Part shown: in pieces, positions 39,357 to 48,031 of the stretch | Numbering within the stretch: the first letter of the stretch is position 1 | Layout of the letters: each line of letters begins with the position of its first letter | NCBI GenBank assembly: GCA_964654285.1 | Contig: CAZZJC010000021.1 | Coordinates: 5,249 to 69,248 of the forward strand | Direction: 5' to 3' | Source: an uncultured Candidatus Kuenenia sp. | GTDB taxonomy: Bacteria; Planctomycetota; UBA11346 | Length of the DNA: 64,000 nt | Made by a program: the position numbers and the translations under genes | Notes under the pieces: model-generated | Told to the model about the DNA's origin: nothing | Databases searched by the model: none | What the model saw: the letters and a program-made list of their open reading frames with translations, nothing else

Positions 39357-39458
39357 GGGGCGTCCTCGTCGCTTCAGCATGATTCCAGGCGGATCGGCGC
39401 CAGATGCGACAGGCCGTCCCGCCTTGCCCCGGCCAGGTCGCACCTAGCCTGCCCGGCC

Positions 39459-40700
39459 ATGTCCGAGAACGTCTTCGATCTGCTCACCGCCCGCGGGCTG
39501 ATCTCGCAGTGCACCGATCCCGAGGGCATCCGCGCCCGTCTGACCAAGCCCGTCACCGCGTATGTCGGTTTCGACCCCACCGCCGACAGCCTGCACATCG
39601 GCAGCCTGGTGCCGATCATGGGACTGTATTGGCTGCAGCAGTGCGGACACCGGCCGCTGGTGCTGGTCGGCGGCGCGACCGGACTGGTGGGAGATCCATC
39701 CGGCAAGACCGAATCGCGCACCATGCTCACCCGCGAGCAGGTCGACGCGAACGCCAACGCGATCGCGGCGCAGATCGCCCGGCTGGTGCGCTTCGACGCC
39801 TCGCCGACCGGGGCGAAGCTGGTCAACAACGTGGACTGGCTCGGCACGCTCAACTGGATCGAGATGCTGCGCGCGGTCGGGCCGCATTTCGGCATCAACC
39901 GCATGCTGAGCATGGATTCGGTGAAGGGCCGGCTTGAGGCGGGCGGCATGACCTTCCTCGAATTCAACTACATGGTCATGCAGGCCTACGATTTCGCGCA
40001 CCTGCACCGGGCCGAAGGCTGCACCGTGCAGTTCGGCGGCCAGGACCAGTGGGGCAACATCGTGATGGGCATCGAACTCGCCCGGCGCACGGACGGCGCC
40101 GACCTCGCGGGGGTGACCTTCCCGCTCGTGACGAAGGCCGACGGCGGCAAATTCGGCAAGTCGGAGAAGGGCAACATCTGGCTGTCGGCCGAGCGCACGC
40201 CGGTGCACGAGTTCTTCCAATTCTGGCGCAACGTCGCCGACGCCGACGTGCGGCGGTTCCTCGGCTTCTTCACCACCCTGCCGATGACCGAGGTCGACGC
40301 CCTGACCGCCGCCGGCGGCGAGGCGCTCAACCCCGCCAAGGAACGCCTGGCGTGGGAGGTCACCCGCCTGATCCACGGCCAGGCTGCCGCCGATGCGGCG
40401 CGCGAGGCGGCACGCAAGGCCTTCGGCGCCGGCCACGATGCCACCGCCGCCGCCGTGCCGCACGGCCCGCTCGCCAGCGCCGATCTGGCCGCTGGCGTGC
40501 CGTTCACCGTGCTGCTGGTGAAGGCGGGCCTGGCGTCGTCGAACTCGGAAGCCAAGCGCCTGATCAAGGGCGGCGGCGCCCAGCTCAACGACACCGTGAT
40601 CGCCGACGAGCAGCGCAGCGTCACCGCCGCCGACGCGGTCAACGGTCGCATCGTCATCCGGGCGGGAAAGAAGCGGCTGTTCCGGTTCGATGTGGCGTAG
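39459..40700 (+). CDS. tyrS: Tyrosine--tRNA ligase
   Basis: ...YVGFDPTADSLHIGSLVPI... is HIGH-like, and ...KFGKSE... is KMSKS-like. A C-terminal S4 domain is present. The ORF-track extension back to 37236 is an artefact. Confidence 0.95.
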   Translation: MSENVFDLLTARGLISQCTDPEGIRARLTKPVTAYVGFDPTADSLHIGSLVPIMGLYWLQQCGHRPLVLVGGATGLVGDPSGKTESRTMLTREQVDANANAIAAQIARLVRFDASPTGAKLVNNVDWLGTLNWIEMLRAVGPHFGINRMLSMDSVKGRLEAGGMTFLEFNYMVMQAYDFAHLHRAEGCTVQFGGQDQWGNIVMGIELARRTDGADLAGVTFPLVTKADGGKFGKSEKGNIWLSAERTPVHEFFQFWRNVADADVRRFLGFFTTLPMTEVDALTAAGGEALNPAKERLAWEVTRLIHGQAAADAAREAARKAFGAGHDATAAAVPHGPLASADLAAGVPFTVLLVKAGLASSNSEAKRLIKGGGAQLNDTVIADEQRSVTAADAVNGRIVIRAGKKRLFRFDVA

Positions 40701-40703
40701 GCG

Positions 40704-41180
40704 GTGAAGAGCATCCGAGTCCGCGAGGCCATCGCCGCCGACCAGGATGTTGTCCGCCGGGTCCACCAGCTGGCGTTCGCTCCGATGCGGGAGATCTATC
40801 GTCCCGGCCCCCGTGCGCAGTCGGCCACGGAACAGACGGGATCCATCGTTCGCCTCGTCGCCGAGGTCGAAGGGCGGATCTTGGCGACGGCCTGCTATGA
40901 ACAGATACCGGACCAACTGGAATTATTCTCCTTTGCTTGCGATCCTGCGCATCAACGGCAAGGAATGGCCCGCGCGCTGGTACAGCAGATCGAAACCATC
41001 GCGCGGCAGGCGGGCATCCGGCGGCTGCGCGCCGTGGTCGTCAGCGAAACCGGCAACGCCGCCATCTACGAGCGGTTGGGCTTCGCCAGCGTGACGACGG
41101 CACCATCGACGATTTTGATCAGCGACCGATTCCCTGTCATCCATGAGACGGTGATGGAAAAATCCTTGAGGGGGCCATGA
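40704..41180 (+). CDS. GNAT-family N-acetyltransferase
   Basis: ...CDPAHQRQGMARALVQQIETIARQAGIRRLRAVV... is the acetyl-CoA-binding motif A (Q/RxxGxA). GTG start. Confidence 0.7.
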   Translation: MKSIRVREAIAADQDVVRRVHQLAFAPMREIYRPGPRAQSATEQTGSIVRLVAEVEGRILATACYEQIPDQLELFSFACDPAHQRQGMARALVQQIETIARQAGIRRLRAVVVSETGNAAIYERLGFASVTTAPSTILISDRFPVIHETVMEKSLRGP

Positions 41181-41211
41181 ACCGACGCTCCCAACTTCAA
41201 CGGGACGCCCC

Positions 41212-41832
41212 ATGACCCTGGCCTGCGATTGCGACGGCACCCTGCTTGATTCGGAACGGGTGGTGAAGGAGGTCTTCCTCGGCATCCTCGCCGAGATCGG
41301 CCATCCGATGGATGGTGATCTCTACGACACCTTCATCGGGTCACCGGATCACGACATCCGGTACCTGCTCGCACATGGCATGGATCGGTAGACCCTGGAT
41401 CGGCTCTATGCCCGGTTCAATGAAGCCATGGACATCTGCGAGATTCCACTCAAGCCCGGTGTGGTGGACCTGCTCGATCATGGCCGATCGATCGGCCATC
41501 GTCTGGTGCTGGCCACCAGTTCGTCACGTCGCCATGTCGACCGCTACCTGCCGCGGGAGGTCGTGGCGCGGTTCGATCTGATCCTGACCAAGGAATCCGT
41601 GACGCGCCGCAAGCCGGACCCGGAGATCTACCGCCAGGCCAAGGCCTCCTTCCCGGATCAGCGCCTGGTGGTGCTGGAGGATTCGCCGCACGGGATCACC
41701 GCCGCGATCGGGGCCGGGGCGACGTGCTACCTCATCCCGGACCTCGCCCGCTGCGACGCCGCCTGCCGGGCGACCTGCGCCGGGGTGGTCGCTGCGGCCC
41801 GGGATCTCATCGGCCGCCTGCCGCCACCGTGA
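41212..41832 (+). pseudogene. HAD-superfamily hydrolase (beta-phosphoglucomutase-like) with in-frame TAG at codon 60 (41389-41391)
   Basis: Motif I is MTLACDCDGTLLDSE. Translation runs ...YLLAHGMDR*TLDRLYARFNEAMD..., and the same frame continues with motif II LVLATSSSR, motif III RRKPDPE and motif IV LEDSPHG. The ORF track only calls the downstream part (41428..41832). Confidence 0.6.
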
Positions 41833-41838
41833 ACCGAT

Positions 41839-42771
41839 CTACCGCACCTCGCACAACCGCTGCGGGGTGAGGCCATAGGCGATCTGCAGGGCGGCTGCGG
41901 ATCCGCTGCCATGGCGGATGGCGTCGAGCAGGTTCGGCAGAGCGGCGCGCTGGCCGGGTTGGACGAGCACGGCGACGATCGCGGCGGCCAGTTCGTCCTC
42001 GGGTTCGCTGGCGGTGAAGGTCGCGGCGATCGCGGCGGCACCCCGGCGCTGGCGCAGTTCCAACGCGGTCGCGGGGCCGGGTTCCTGGCCGGTGGCCTTG
42101 CGCATCGCCAGGACGCCCAGGCCCTGGACCAGCCAGGGTGGCCAGCCCTCGGCGGGCGGATCGGCAAGGGCGAGGTGGAGCGCGATCACGGCGGCGGCGA
42201 CGCGGCCGCGCAGCACGGCCGGGTCCGCCGCGTCCATGCCGACGCGGATGATCGGCAGGGCGGGACGCACCGCGACTCCGGGGGTTGGCTGCTCGCCGGC
42301 AACCACGACCAGCGGCCCGGCCCAGCGCGGCCAGGCATCGGTCTGGAGCAGTTCCCCGGCATCGCGCACACCCTGGCTGGTGGCGGTGATCAGCGCCTCG
42401 ACCTGGGCGGGGCTGGCGACCGCGATGTTGCCCTGCCGCACCGCGGGCAGGCCTTGGCGGCCGGCCTCGGCAAGGGCCCAGGTGGCGAGCACGCGTTGGC
42501 AGTTCGGCAGCGACGCGAGCGGTCTGTCCAGGCGCTTGAGCAGGGCGAAGGCGAGATCGATGCGGTTCGCCGCGATCGCGGCAGCGAGGCGGGTCTCGGG
42601 CGGGGTCCGCCCGTCCGCCAGCATCGGCGGCAGGCGCAACGCGGCGGGCACGGCCTCCGCCCGCACGACCAGCGGCAGCCAGGCTCCACGCCAGGCGACG
42701 GCGCGGGCGTCCGCCATCGCCGGCGGTCCCTGCAGGGCGAGGATCAGGGCGGCGTCCATGACAGGAAGCAT
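41839..42771 (-). CDS. Hypothetical Ala-rich protein
   Basis: Minus-strand ORF starting MLPVMDAALILALQGPPAMAD.... It is the tail of ORF 41839..43662. No recognisable family. Coding status is moderate. Confidence 0.4.
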   Translation of the reverse strand: MLPVMDAALILALQGPPAMADARAVAWRGAWLPLVVRAEAVPAALRLPPMLADGRTPPETRLAAAIAANRIDLAFALLKRLDRPLASLPNCQRVLATWALAEAGRQGLPAVRQGNIAVASPAQVEALITATSQGVRDAGELLQTDAWPRWAGPLVVVAGEQPTPGVAVRPALPIIRVGMDAADPAVLRGRVAAAVIALHLALADPPAEGWPPWLVQGLGVLAMRKATGQEPGPATALELRQRRGAAAIAATFTASEPEDELAAAIVAVLVQPGQRAALPNLLDAIRHGSGSAAALQIAYGLTPQRLCEVR

Positions 42772-42963
42772 CCGAGGCTCGGACGGGGTTGCCACCTGCG
42801 AACGGGATCGGGGCGGGGGGATGGCCGCAAAGTGAGCCAAAAGCACGAAGGTTTGGGATCCAATAGAAAGGATCCTGGTACAGACCGCTTCCCTGGGGAA
42901 TCGGAAGGCCCGCTCTGGCGTGGGTAGGGTCTGGCGGCACACTCGGCCGCACCGCAGCACCCC

Positions 42964-43755
42964 ATGTTCCGACGCAAGACCGATCAGATCTTCGACACGC
43001 TCCAGGCGGTGCAGCGGCGCATCACGGAACAGGGTGGTGCGCCACCACGTCCGCCGGTGCCGGCCGCCCCGGCAGTGCGCCCGATCCTGCCCATCGGCAA
43101 GGCCCGGCCGACGACCGAGATCCCGCCACCACCACCCGGCCCGCCACCGTCTCCGGTTCGTGCCGCAGGTCCGCCACCCCTCTCGCCGCCACCGGCTCCA
43201 CCGACGCTGTCGCCGCAGTCCGCCCTGGCGCGGGCCGCGACCCCGACCGCCTACACCCCCAATCCGCCAGGCGGCCCGCCACCGTTGATCACCTTGTCGC
43301 TGTCGCAGGTCATCACCGTGCTGATCGCCTGGCTGGGATCGCTCGCCCTGGTCTGGGTGGTCGCAGCCCGGTCGAGCGATCCCATCCCACCACGCGAACC
43401 CACGTCGTCCGGCAACGCCTACCAGCAGCAGCCGGCCGAGTTCCAGCCTAAACGCCACATCATCGTTTTGACCTCGGTGCCCAGCACGGAAGAGCGCTCG
43501 GTGAAGGCGCTGCAGGCCCAATGCGAGCAGCTCAACGAGCAGATGCGCCGCAGCAAATCCGGAAAGTACAAGCCGTGGTTCAGCGTCCGCCCGCACCCGA
43601 ACGGCCAGACCGAACTGATCTTCGGCGCGACCGAAGGCCAGGACGGCATCGATCGCAGCCAACCGCAGTGGGCGGACTTCTTCCGCTTGCTCGCAGCGCC
43701 GGCCAAGGACAAGGGCGCGGGGTTCAGCCGGGCGCAGTGGCGGCCGGTGAATTGA
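42964..43755 (+). CDS. Hypothetical proline-rich membrane protein
   Basis: A Pro-rich stretch (PPPPPGPPPSPVRAAGPPPLSPPPAPP), then a TM helix (ITVLIAWLGSLALVWVVAA), then a ~110-aa C-terminal domain. Confidence 0.5.
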   Translation: MFRRKTDQIFDTLQAVQRRITEQGGAPPRPPVPAAPAVRPILPIGKARPTTEIPPPPPGPPPSPVRAAGPPPLSPPPAPPTLSPQSALARAATPTAYTPNPPGGPPPLITLSLSQVITVLIAWLGSLALVWVVAARSSDPIPPREPTSSGNAYQQQPAEFQPKRHIIVLTSVPSTEERSVKALQAQCEQLNEQMRRSKSGKYKPWFSVRPHPNGQTELIFGATEGQDGIDRSQPQWADFFRLLAAPAKDKGAGFSRAQWRPVN

Positions 43756-43778
43756 AACATGACTTGAACTAGGGTGTC

Positions 43779-44249
43779 ATGATCCACAGCGCCGAGGAAT
43801 TTGTCAGACTACGTGACAGCACTGAATTGGCCGAGTATCAGAAGGCGGCATGGGATGAGGCCCCGATCGAAGTGTGGCAGGACGTGATCGCCAAATACCC
43901 GGACTACAAAAAATGGGTGGTTCACAACAAAACCGTTCCTTTGGAAATTCTCGCTCAACTCATCAATGATTCAGACGCTGAGGTCAGGTGCTGGATTGCG
44001 CAAAAACGGAAAATCACATTGGAGATGCAAATGAAATTGGCCAAAGACCCGGAAGAAAACGTTAGGGCGAAATTGATCTACAATGGAAAAATCAATCGAC
44101 AGGTATGGGATGTGCTGAGTCAGGATCCCAGCGCATTCATCCAAAAATCACTGAAAGAAAAACATCAAGCGGACACAGCTATTCATCCGACCGCGGATGT
44201 TGATGCTGGAACCCCCGCCACTTTCACTGCCCAACTTGGTGACCATTGA
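43779..44249 (+). CDS. Low-GC island gene: HEAT/LRV-repeat-like helical protein (possible immunity-type protein)
   Basis: GC drops to about 47% against a ~70% background. MIHSAEEFVRLRDSTELAEYQKAAWDEAPIEVWQDVIAKYPDYKKWVVHNKTVPLEILAQLINDSDAEVRCWIAQKRKITLEMQMKLAKDPEENVRAKLIYNGKI shows repeated xLExLAxDxDxxVRxxIA units. The stop overlaps the start of the next gene (ATGA). Confidence 0.6.
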   Translation: MIHSAEEFVRLRDSTELAEYQKAAWDEAPIEVWQDVIAKYPDYKKWVVHNKTVPLEILAQLINDSDAEVRCWIAQKRKITLEMQMKLAKDPEENVRAKLIYNGKINRQVWDVLSQDPSAFIQKSLKEKHQADTAIHPTADVDAGTPATFTAQLGDH

Positions 44250-44950
44250 CGATGGCCAAGCAGGCGTCCTTCCTCTCCCCCATCTTCCCCCGCCACAACG
44301 TCCTCTGGCCGCTGGTAGCCAGCCGCCTGAAACCGGGCGAGCTCGCGCACGACCGCCACCACCTGGAGCGCGTCTACGTCTGGATGCTGCGCCTCGCACC
44401 GGAAGCCGGCGCGGACGCCGATTGCTGCGGAGCGGCAGCGCTGGTGCATGACCTCGCGTTCATTCCGAAGGAATCGCCGGAGCGCCACCTGGGCGGCGCG
44501 AAGTCGGCGGAACTGGCGGGAGACCTGCTGCGCGCCGCCGGCTACGACGCGACCGAGGTCGACGCCATCGCGGCGGCGGTGGCGACCTCGTCGTGGTCGC
44601 GCGGCCTGGCGCCGGCGAATGCGATCGGCGTGACGCTCCAGGATGCGGATCGGCTGGATGCGATCGGCGCAGTCGGGCTCCTGCGCAACGTCGCCTGCGG
44701 CCAGGACATGGCGCTGCGAAAATCCCCTGACAATGCGGGTGGATTCTACCATCCTGAGGATCCGTTCGCGGCGGGCGGGCGGCCGCTGGACGACCGCACC
44801 TGGGTGGTCGACCACCTGCCGGCGAAGCTGCTGAAACTCGCGGCCGGCATGCGCCTGCCGTCGGCCCAGGCCGAGGCGCAGCGCCGGCACGCGTTCCTGC
44901 TCGCGTTCCGCGCCCAGCTGGCGTCCGAACTCGGTCTGACCCTGCCCTGA
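44246..44950 (+). CDS. YedJ-like HD-domain phosphohydrolase
   Basis: ...HDRHHLERVYVWMLRL...ALVHDLAF...LQDADRLDAIGAVGLLR...EDPFAAGGRPLDDRTWVVDHLPAKLLKL... matches E. coli YedJ-family proteins region by region (HD motif, DADRLEALGAIG, RPLDDK, HFQTKLLKL). Confidence 0.7.
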   Translation: MTMAKQASFLSPIFPRHNVLWPLVASRLKPGELAHDRHHLERVYVWMLRLAPEAGADADCCGAAALVHDLAFIPKESPERHLGGAKSAELAGDLLRAAGYDATEVDAIAAAVATSSWSRGLAPANAIGVTLQDADRLDAIGAVGLLRNVACGQDMALRKSPDNAGGFYHPEDPFAAGGRPLDDRTWVVDHLPAKLLKLAAGMRLPSAQAEAQRRHAFLLAFRAQLASELGLTLP

Positions 44951-45050
44951 CTGGGCGCAGGTCCGCCCTTGGGCCGGCTTGCCCGTGCCGGCCAGCGTCA
45001 CATGCTGCGCGACCCGCCAGAACCGCGATGCCGCGCTGAGGAATGACGCC

Positions 45051-47717
45051 ATGACCGAGCCGAAAGCCTACGAACCCGCCGTGGTCGAAGCGAAGTGGCA
45101 GCGCCAGTGGGAAGCCGCCGGCGCGCACGAGGTGCGCGACGACCTGCCGCGCGAGCGCTGCTACTACGTGCTGGAGATGTTCCCGTACCCCAGCGGCAAG
45201 CTGCACATGGGGCACGTGCGCAACTACACGATCGGCGACGCGGTGGCGCGCTACAAGCGCATGCGCGGCTTCGCGGTGCTGCATCCGATGGGCTGGGACT
45301 CCTTCGGCCTGCCGGCCGAGCAGGCGGCGATCGAACGCGGCATCCACCCCCGCAAGTGGACCTACGAGAACATCGCCTACATGCGCGACCAGCTGAAGCG
45401 CATGGGCTTCAGCTACGCGTGGTCGCGCGAGTTCGCCTGTTCCGACCCCGGCTATGCCGCGCGCGAACAGGACATCTTCCTCGATCTGGTCGAGAAGGGC
45501 CTGGTCTACCGCAAGTCGAGCCTGGTGAACTGGTCGACCGGCCTGAACTGCGTCCTCGCCAATGAACAGGTCGTCGACGGCAAGTGCTGGCGCACCGGCA
45601 CGGTGGTGGTGCAGAAGGAGCTGCCGCAGTGGTACCTGCGCATCACCGCCTACGCCGAGGAGCTGCTGGAGAGCACCTGGAGGCTGTCCGGCTGGCCCGA
45701 GGCGGTGCTGATCCAGCAGCGCAACTGGCTCGGCAAGAGCGTCGGCGCCGAGATCGACTTCACCGTCGATGGACACCCGGACGTGAAGCTGACCGCGTTC
45801 ACCACCCGGCCCGACACCCTGTTCGGCGTGACGTTCGTCTCGATCGCGCCCGAGCACGCGGCCCTGGCGCGCATCGTGCCCGCCAGCCACCGCGCGGCGG
45901 TCGACGCCTTCACCGCCGAGGTGCGCGCGGTGTCGGCGCATGAACGCCTGGGCGACGCGGCGGAGAAGAAGGGCTGCTTCTCGGGCGTGCACGTGATCAA
46001 CCCGGCGAACGGGAGGAAGGTGCCGCTCTACCTCGCCAACTTCGTGGTCGCCGACTACGGCACGGGCGTGGTGATGGCGGTGCCGGCGCACGACAGCCGC
46101 GACTTCGCCTTCGCGAGGAAGTACGGCATCGACATCGTCACGGTGATCCGCGCCAGCGACCCCAAGGACGCCGGCTGGCTGAAACTGCAGGCGGGCGAGG
46201 ACGCGTTCACGGACGCGGGCGTGATGCAGAACAGCGCCCAGTTCGACGGCCAGCCGAGCGAATCGGCCAAGGCCGCGATCACCGCCTGGCTGGAGGAGCG
46301 GAAGTCCGGCCGCAAGACCGTGACCTGGCGCCTGCGCGACTGGTGCCTGAGCCGGCAGCGCTACTGGGGCAACCCGATCCCCTACCTGTACAGCGACAAG
46401 CTGGGCGCGACCCCGCTGCGCAAGCAGGACCTGCCGGTGACCCTGCCCGACGACGTGGCCTTCGACGGCGCCGGCAATCCGCTCACCCGGCATCCGACCT
46501 GGGCCGCGACCGACCGCGACGGCAGGGCGCTCAGCGTGCGCGGCCCCGACGGCCCCGAGCCGGCGCGGCGCGAGACCGACACCATGGACACCTTCGTGGA
46601 GTCGTCGTGGTACTTCGCGCGCTACACCTGCCACGACAACCGCAAGGCGGATCTCGGCTGCGCCGCGCCGCTCGACCGCACGCGGGTCGACCACTGGCTG
46701 CCGGTCGATCTCTACATCGGCGGCATCGAGCACGCCGTGCTGCACCTGCTCTACGCGCGCTTCTTCCAGAAGGCGCTCGCGGATCTCGGCTACACCGGGG
46801 TGCGCGAACCGTTCAAGCGCCTGCTCTGCCAGGGCATGGTCTGCATGGAGACCTATTCGCGCGAGACCGGTCCGGGCAAGAAGCAGTACTTCTACCCGGA
46901 TGAGGTCGAGATCCGCACCGACGCCAAGGGCGCGGTGGTCGGCGCGACGCTGAAGGCCGACGGCCAGCCGGTGACCGTGGGCCGCATCGAGAAGATGTCC
47001 AAGTCCAAGCGCAACACCGTCGATCCGCAGCGTTTGGTCGATGCCTACGGCGCCGACACCGCGCGGCTGTTCACCCTGTTCGCCGCACCGATCGAACGCG
47101 ACCTGGACTGGGACGAGGAGAGCGTCAAGGGCTGCAGCCGCTACCTCAAGCGCCTGTGGACCCTGGTGCAGGAGCACCGCGAGCGCCTGGCCGGCATCAG
47201 CGCGTTCGCCGGCCACGCCAGGGAACTGGCCGGCCACGACCAGGCGGTGGTGCGCAAGGTGCACCAGACGATCAAGCGCGCGACCGACGCGATGGAGCGC
47301 GACTTCGGCTTCAACACCACCATCGCCGCCTGCATGGAACTGACCAACGAGCTGAAGCCCGACGCGCTGAAGCCCGAGGTCTTCAAGCTGGGACTCACCA
47401 CCCTGGTGCGCCTGCTCGCGCCCATGGTGCCGCACATCACGAGCGAGCTGTGGGCCGAACTCGGCGGCGGCGACGACCTGACCGGCGCCGGCTGGCCGGC
47501 GTTCGATGCCAGCCAGATCGATGCCGACGAGGTCGACTACCCGGTGCAGGTCGCCGGCCGGCTGAAGGGCCGGATCAGCCTGCCGCGCACCCTGGTCGGC
47601 AAGGATCTCGACGCCGCCGTCCTCGCCCACCCCGAGGTGGTCGCGCTGATCGCCGGTCAGAAGGTGCGCAAGCTCATCGCGATCCACGGCAAGATCATCA
47701 ACCTCGTCCTGGGCTGA
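45051..47717 (+). CDS. leuS: Leucine--tRNA ligase
   Basis: ...MFPYPSGKLHMGHVRNYTIGD... is the HIGH motif, and ...KMSKSKRN... is KMSKS. Length 888 aa. The ORF-track start at 44979 is 24 codons upstream. Confidence 0.95.
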   Translation: MTEPKAYEPAVVEAKWQRQWEAAGAHEVRDDLPRERCYYVLEMFPYPSGKLHMGHVRNYTIGDAVARYKRMRGFAVLHPMGWDSFGLPAEQAAIERGIHPRKWTYENIAYMRDQLKRMGFSYAWSREFACSDPGYAAREQDIFLDLVEKGLVYRKSSLVNWSTGLNCVLANEQVVDGKCWRTGTVVVQKELPQWYLRITAYAEELLESTWRLSGWPEAVLIQQRNWLGKSVGAEIDFTVDGHPDVKLTAFTTRPDTLFGVTFVSIAPEHAALARIVPASHRAAVDAFTAEVRAVSAHERLGDAAEKKGCFSGVHVINPANGRKVPLYLANFVVADYGTGVVMAVPAHDSRDFAFARKYGIDIVTVIRASDPKDAGWLKLQAGEDAFTDAGVMQNSAQFDGQPSESAKAAITAWLEERKSGRKTVTWRLRDWCLSRQRYWGNPIPYLYSDKLGATPLRKQDLPVTLPDDVAFDGAGNPLTRHPTWAATDRDGRALSVRGPDGPEPARRETDTMDTFVESSWYFARYTCHDNRKADLGCAAPLDRTRVDHWLPVDLYIGGIEHAVLHLLYARFFQKALADLGYTGVREPFKRLLCQGMVCMETYSRETGPGKKQYFYPDEVEIRTDAKGAVVGATLKADGQPVTVGRIEKMSKSKRNTVDPQRLVDAYGADTARLFTLFAAPIERDLDWDEESVKGCSRYLKRLWTLVQEHRERLAGISAFAGHARELAGHDQAVVRKVHQTIKRATDAMERDFGFNTTIAACMELTNELKPDALKPEVFKLGLTTLVRLLAPMVPHITSELWAELGGGDDLTGAGWPAFDASQIDADEVDYPVQVAGRLKGRISLPRTLVGKDLDAAVLAHPEVVALIAGQKVRKLIAIHGKIINLVLG

Positions 47718-47739
47718 AATCCCAGAAGAAAGTCGGGAG

Positions 47740-48031
47740 AGGGCACACCATGGCCGACCAGCCCGCCATCGTCTTCAACGGCACTGCGATCCCGGCGACC
47801 CCGACCACGCCGGGGAGCGATCTGCTCGGGCTGATGCTCGACGCCAAGGCGAACGTGCGGTTCCTCTGCATGGGCGGTTCGTGCCGGCAATGCCGGGTGG
47901 AACTGGTCTCGGGCGGCGAGCATCTCGAACCCAAGTCGGACGGCGAAGCGTGGGGTTGCCCGGATGATGGCGCGCGTCTCGCCTGCCAAGCCATCCATCG
48001 CGGCACCGGCACCGTGGTGCTCAAGCAATGA
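47740..48031 (+). CDS. Small 2Fe-2S ferredoxin-like protein
   Basis: MADQPAIVFNGTAIPA...CMGGSCRQCRV...LACQA has a CX4CX2C...C pattern. A GGGAGAGGG RBS is present. The stop overlaps the start of the next gene (ATGA). Confidence 0.6.

Noticed and set aside
37236-40700. 1154-aa plus-strand ORF
   Set aside because: Its tail is tyrS (from 39459). The upstream ~2.2 kb is antisense to the GH38 gene and translates to low-complexity Arg/Gly-rich sequence.
41807-43662. Overlapping minus-strand ORFs 41807..42952 and the 5' part of 41839..43662
   Set aside because: Only the 3' ~930 bp (start at 42771) gives a non-low-complexity protein. The upstream part overlaps the plus-strand Pro-rich gene and is Arg/Gly-rich.
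44460-47687. 1075-aa minus-strand ORF
   Set aside because: It is antisense to leuS and the HD gene.
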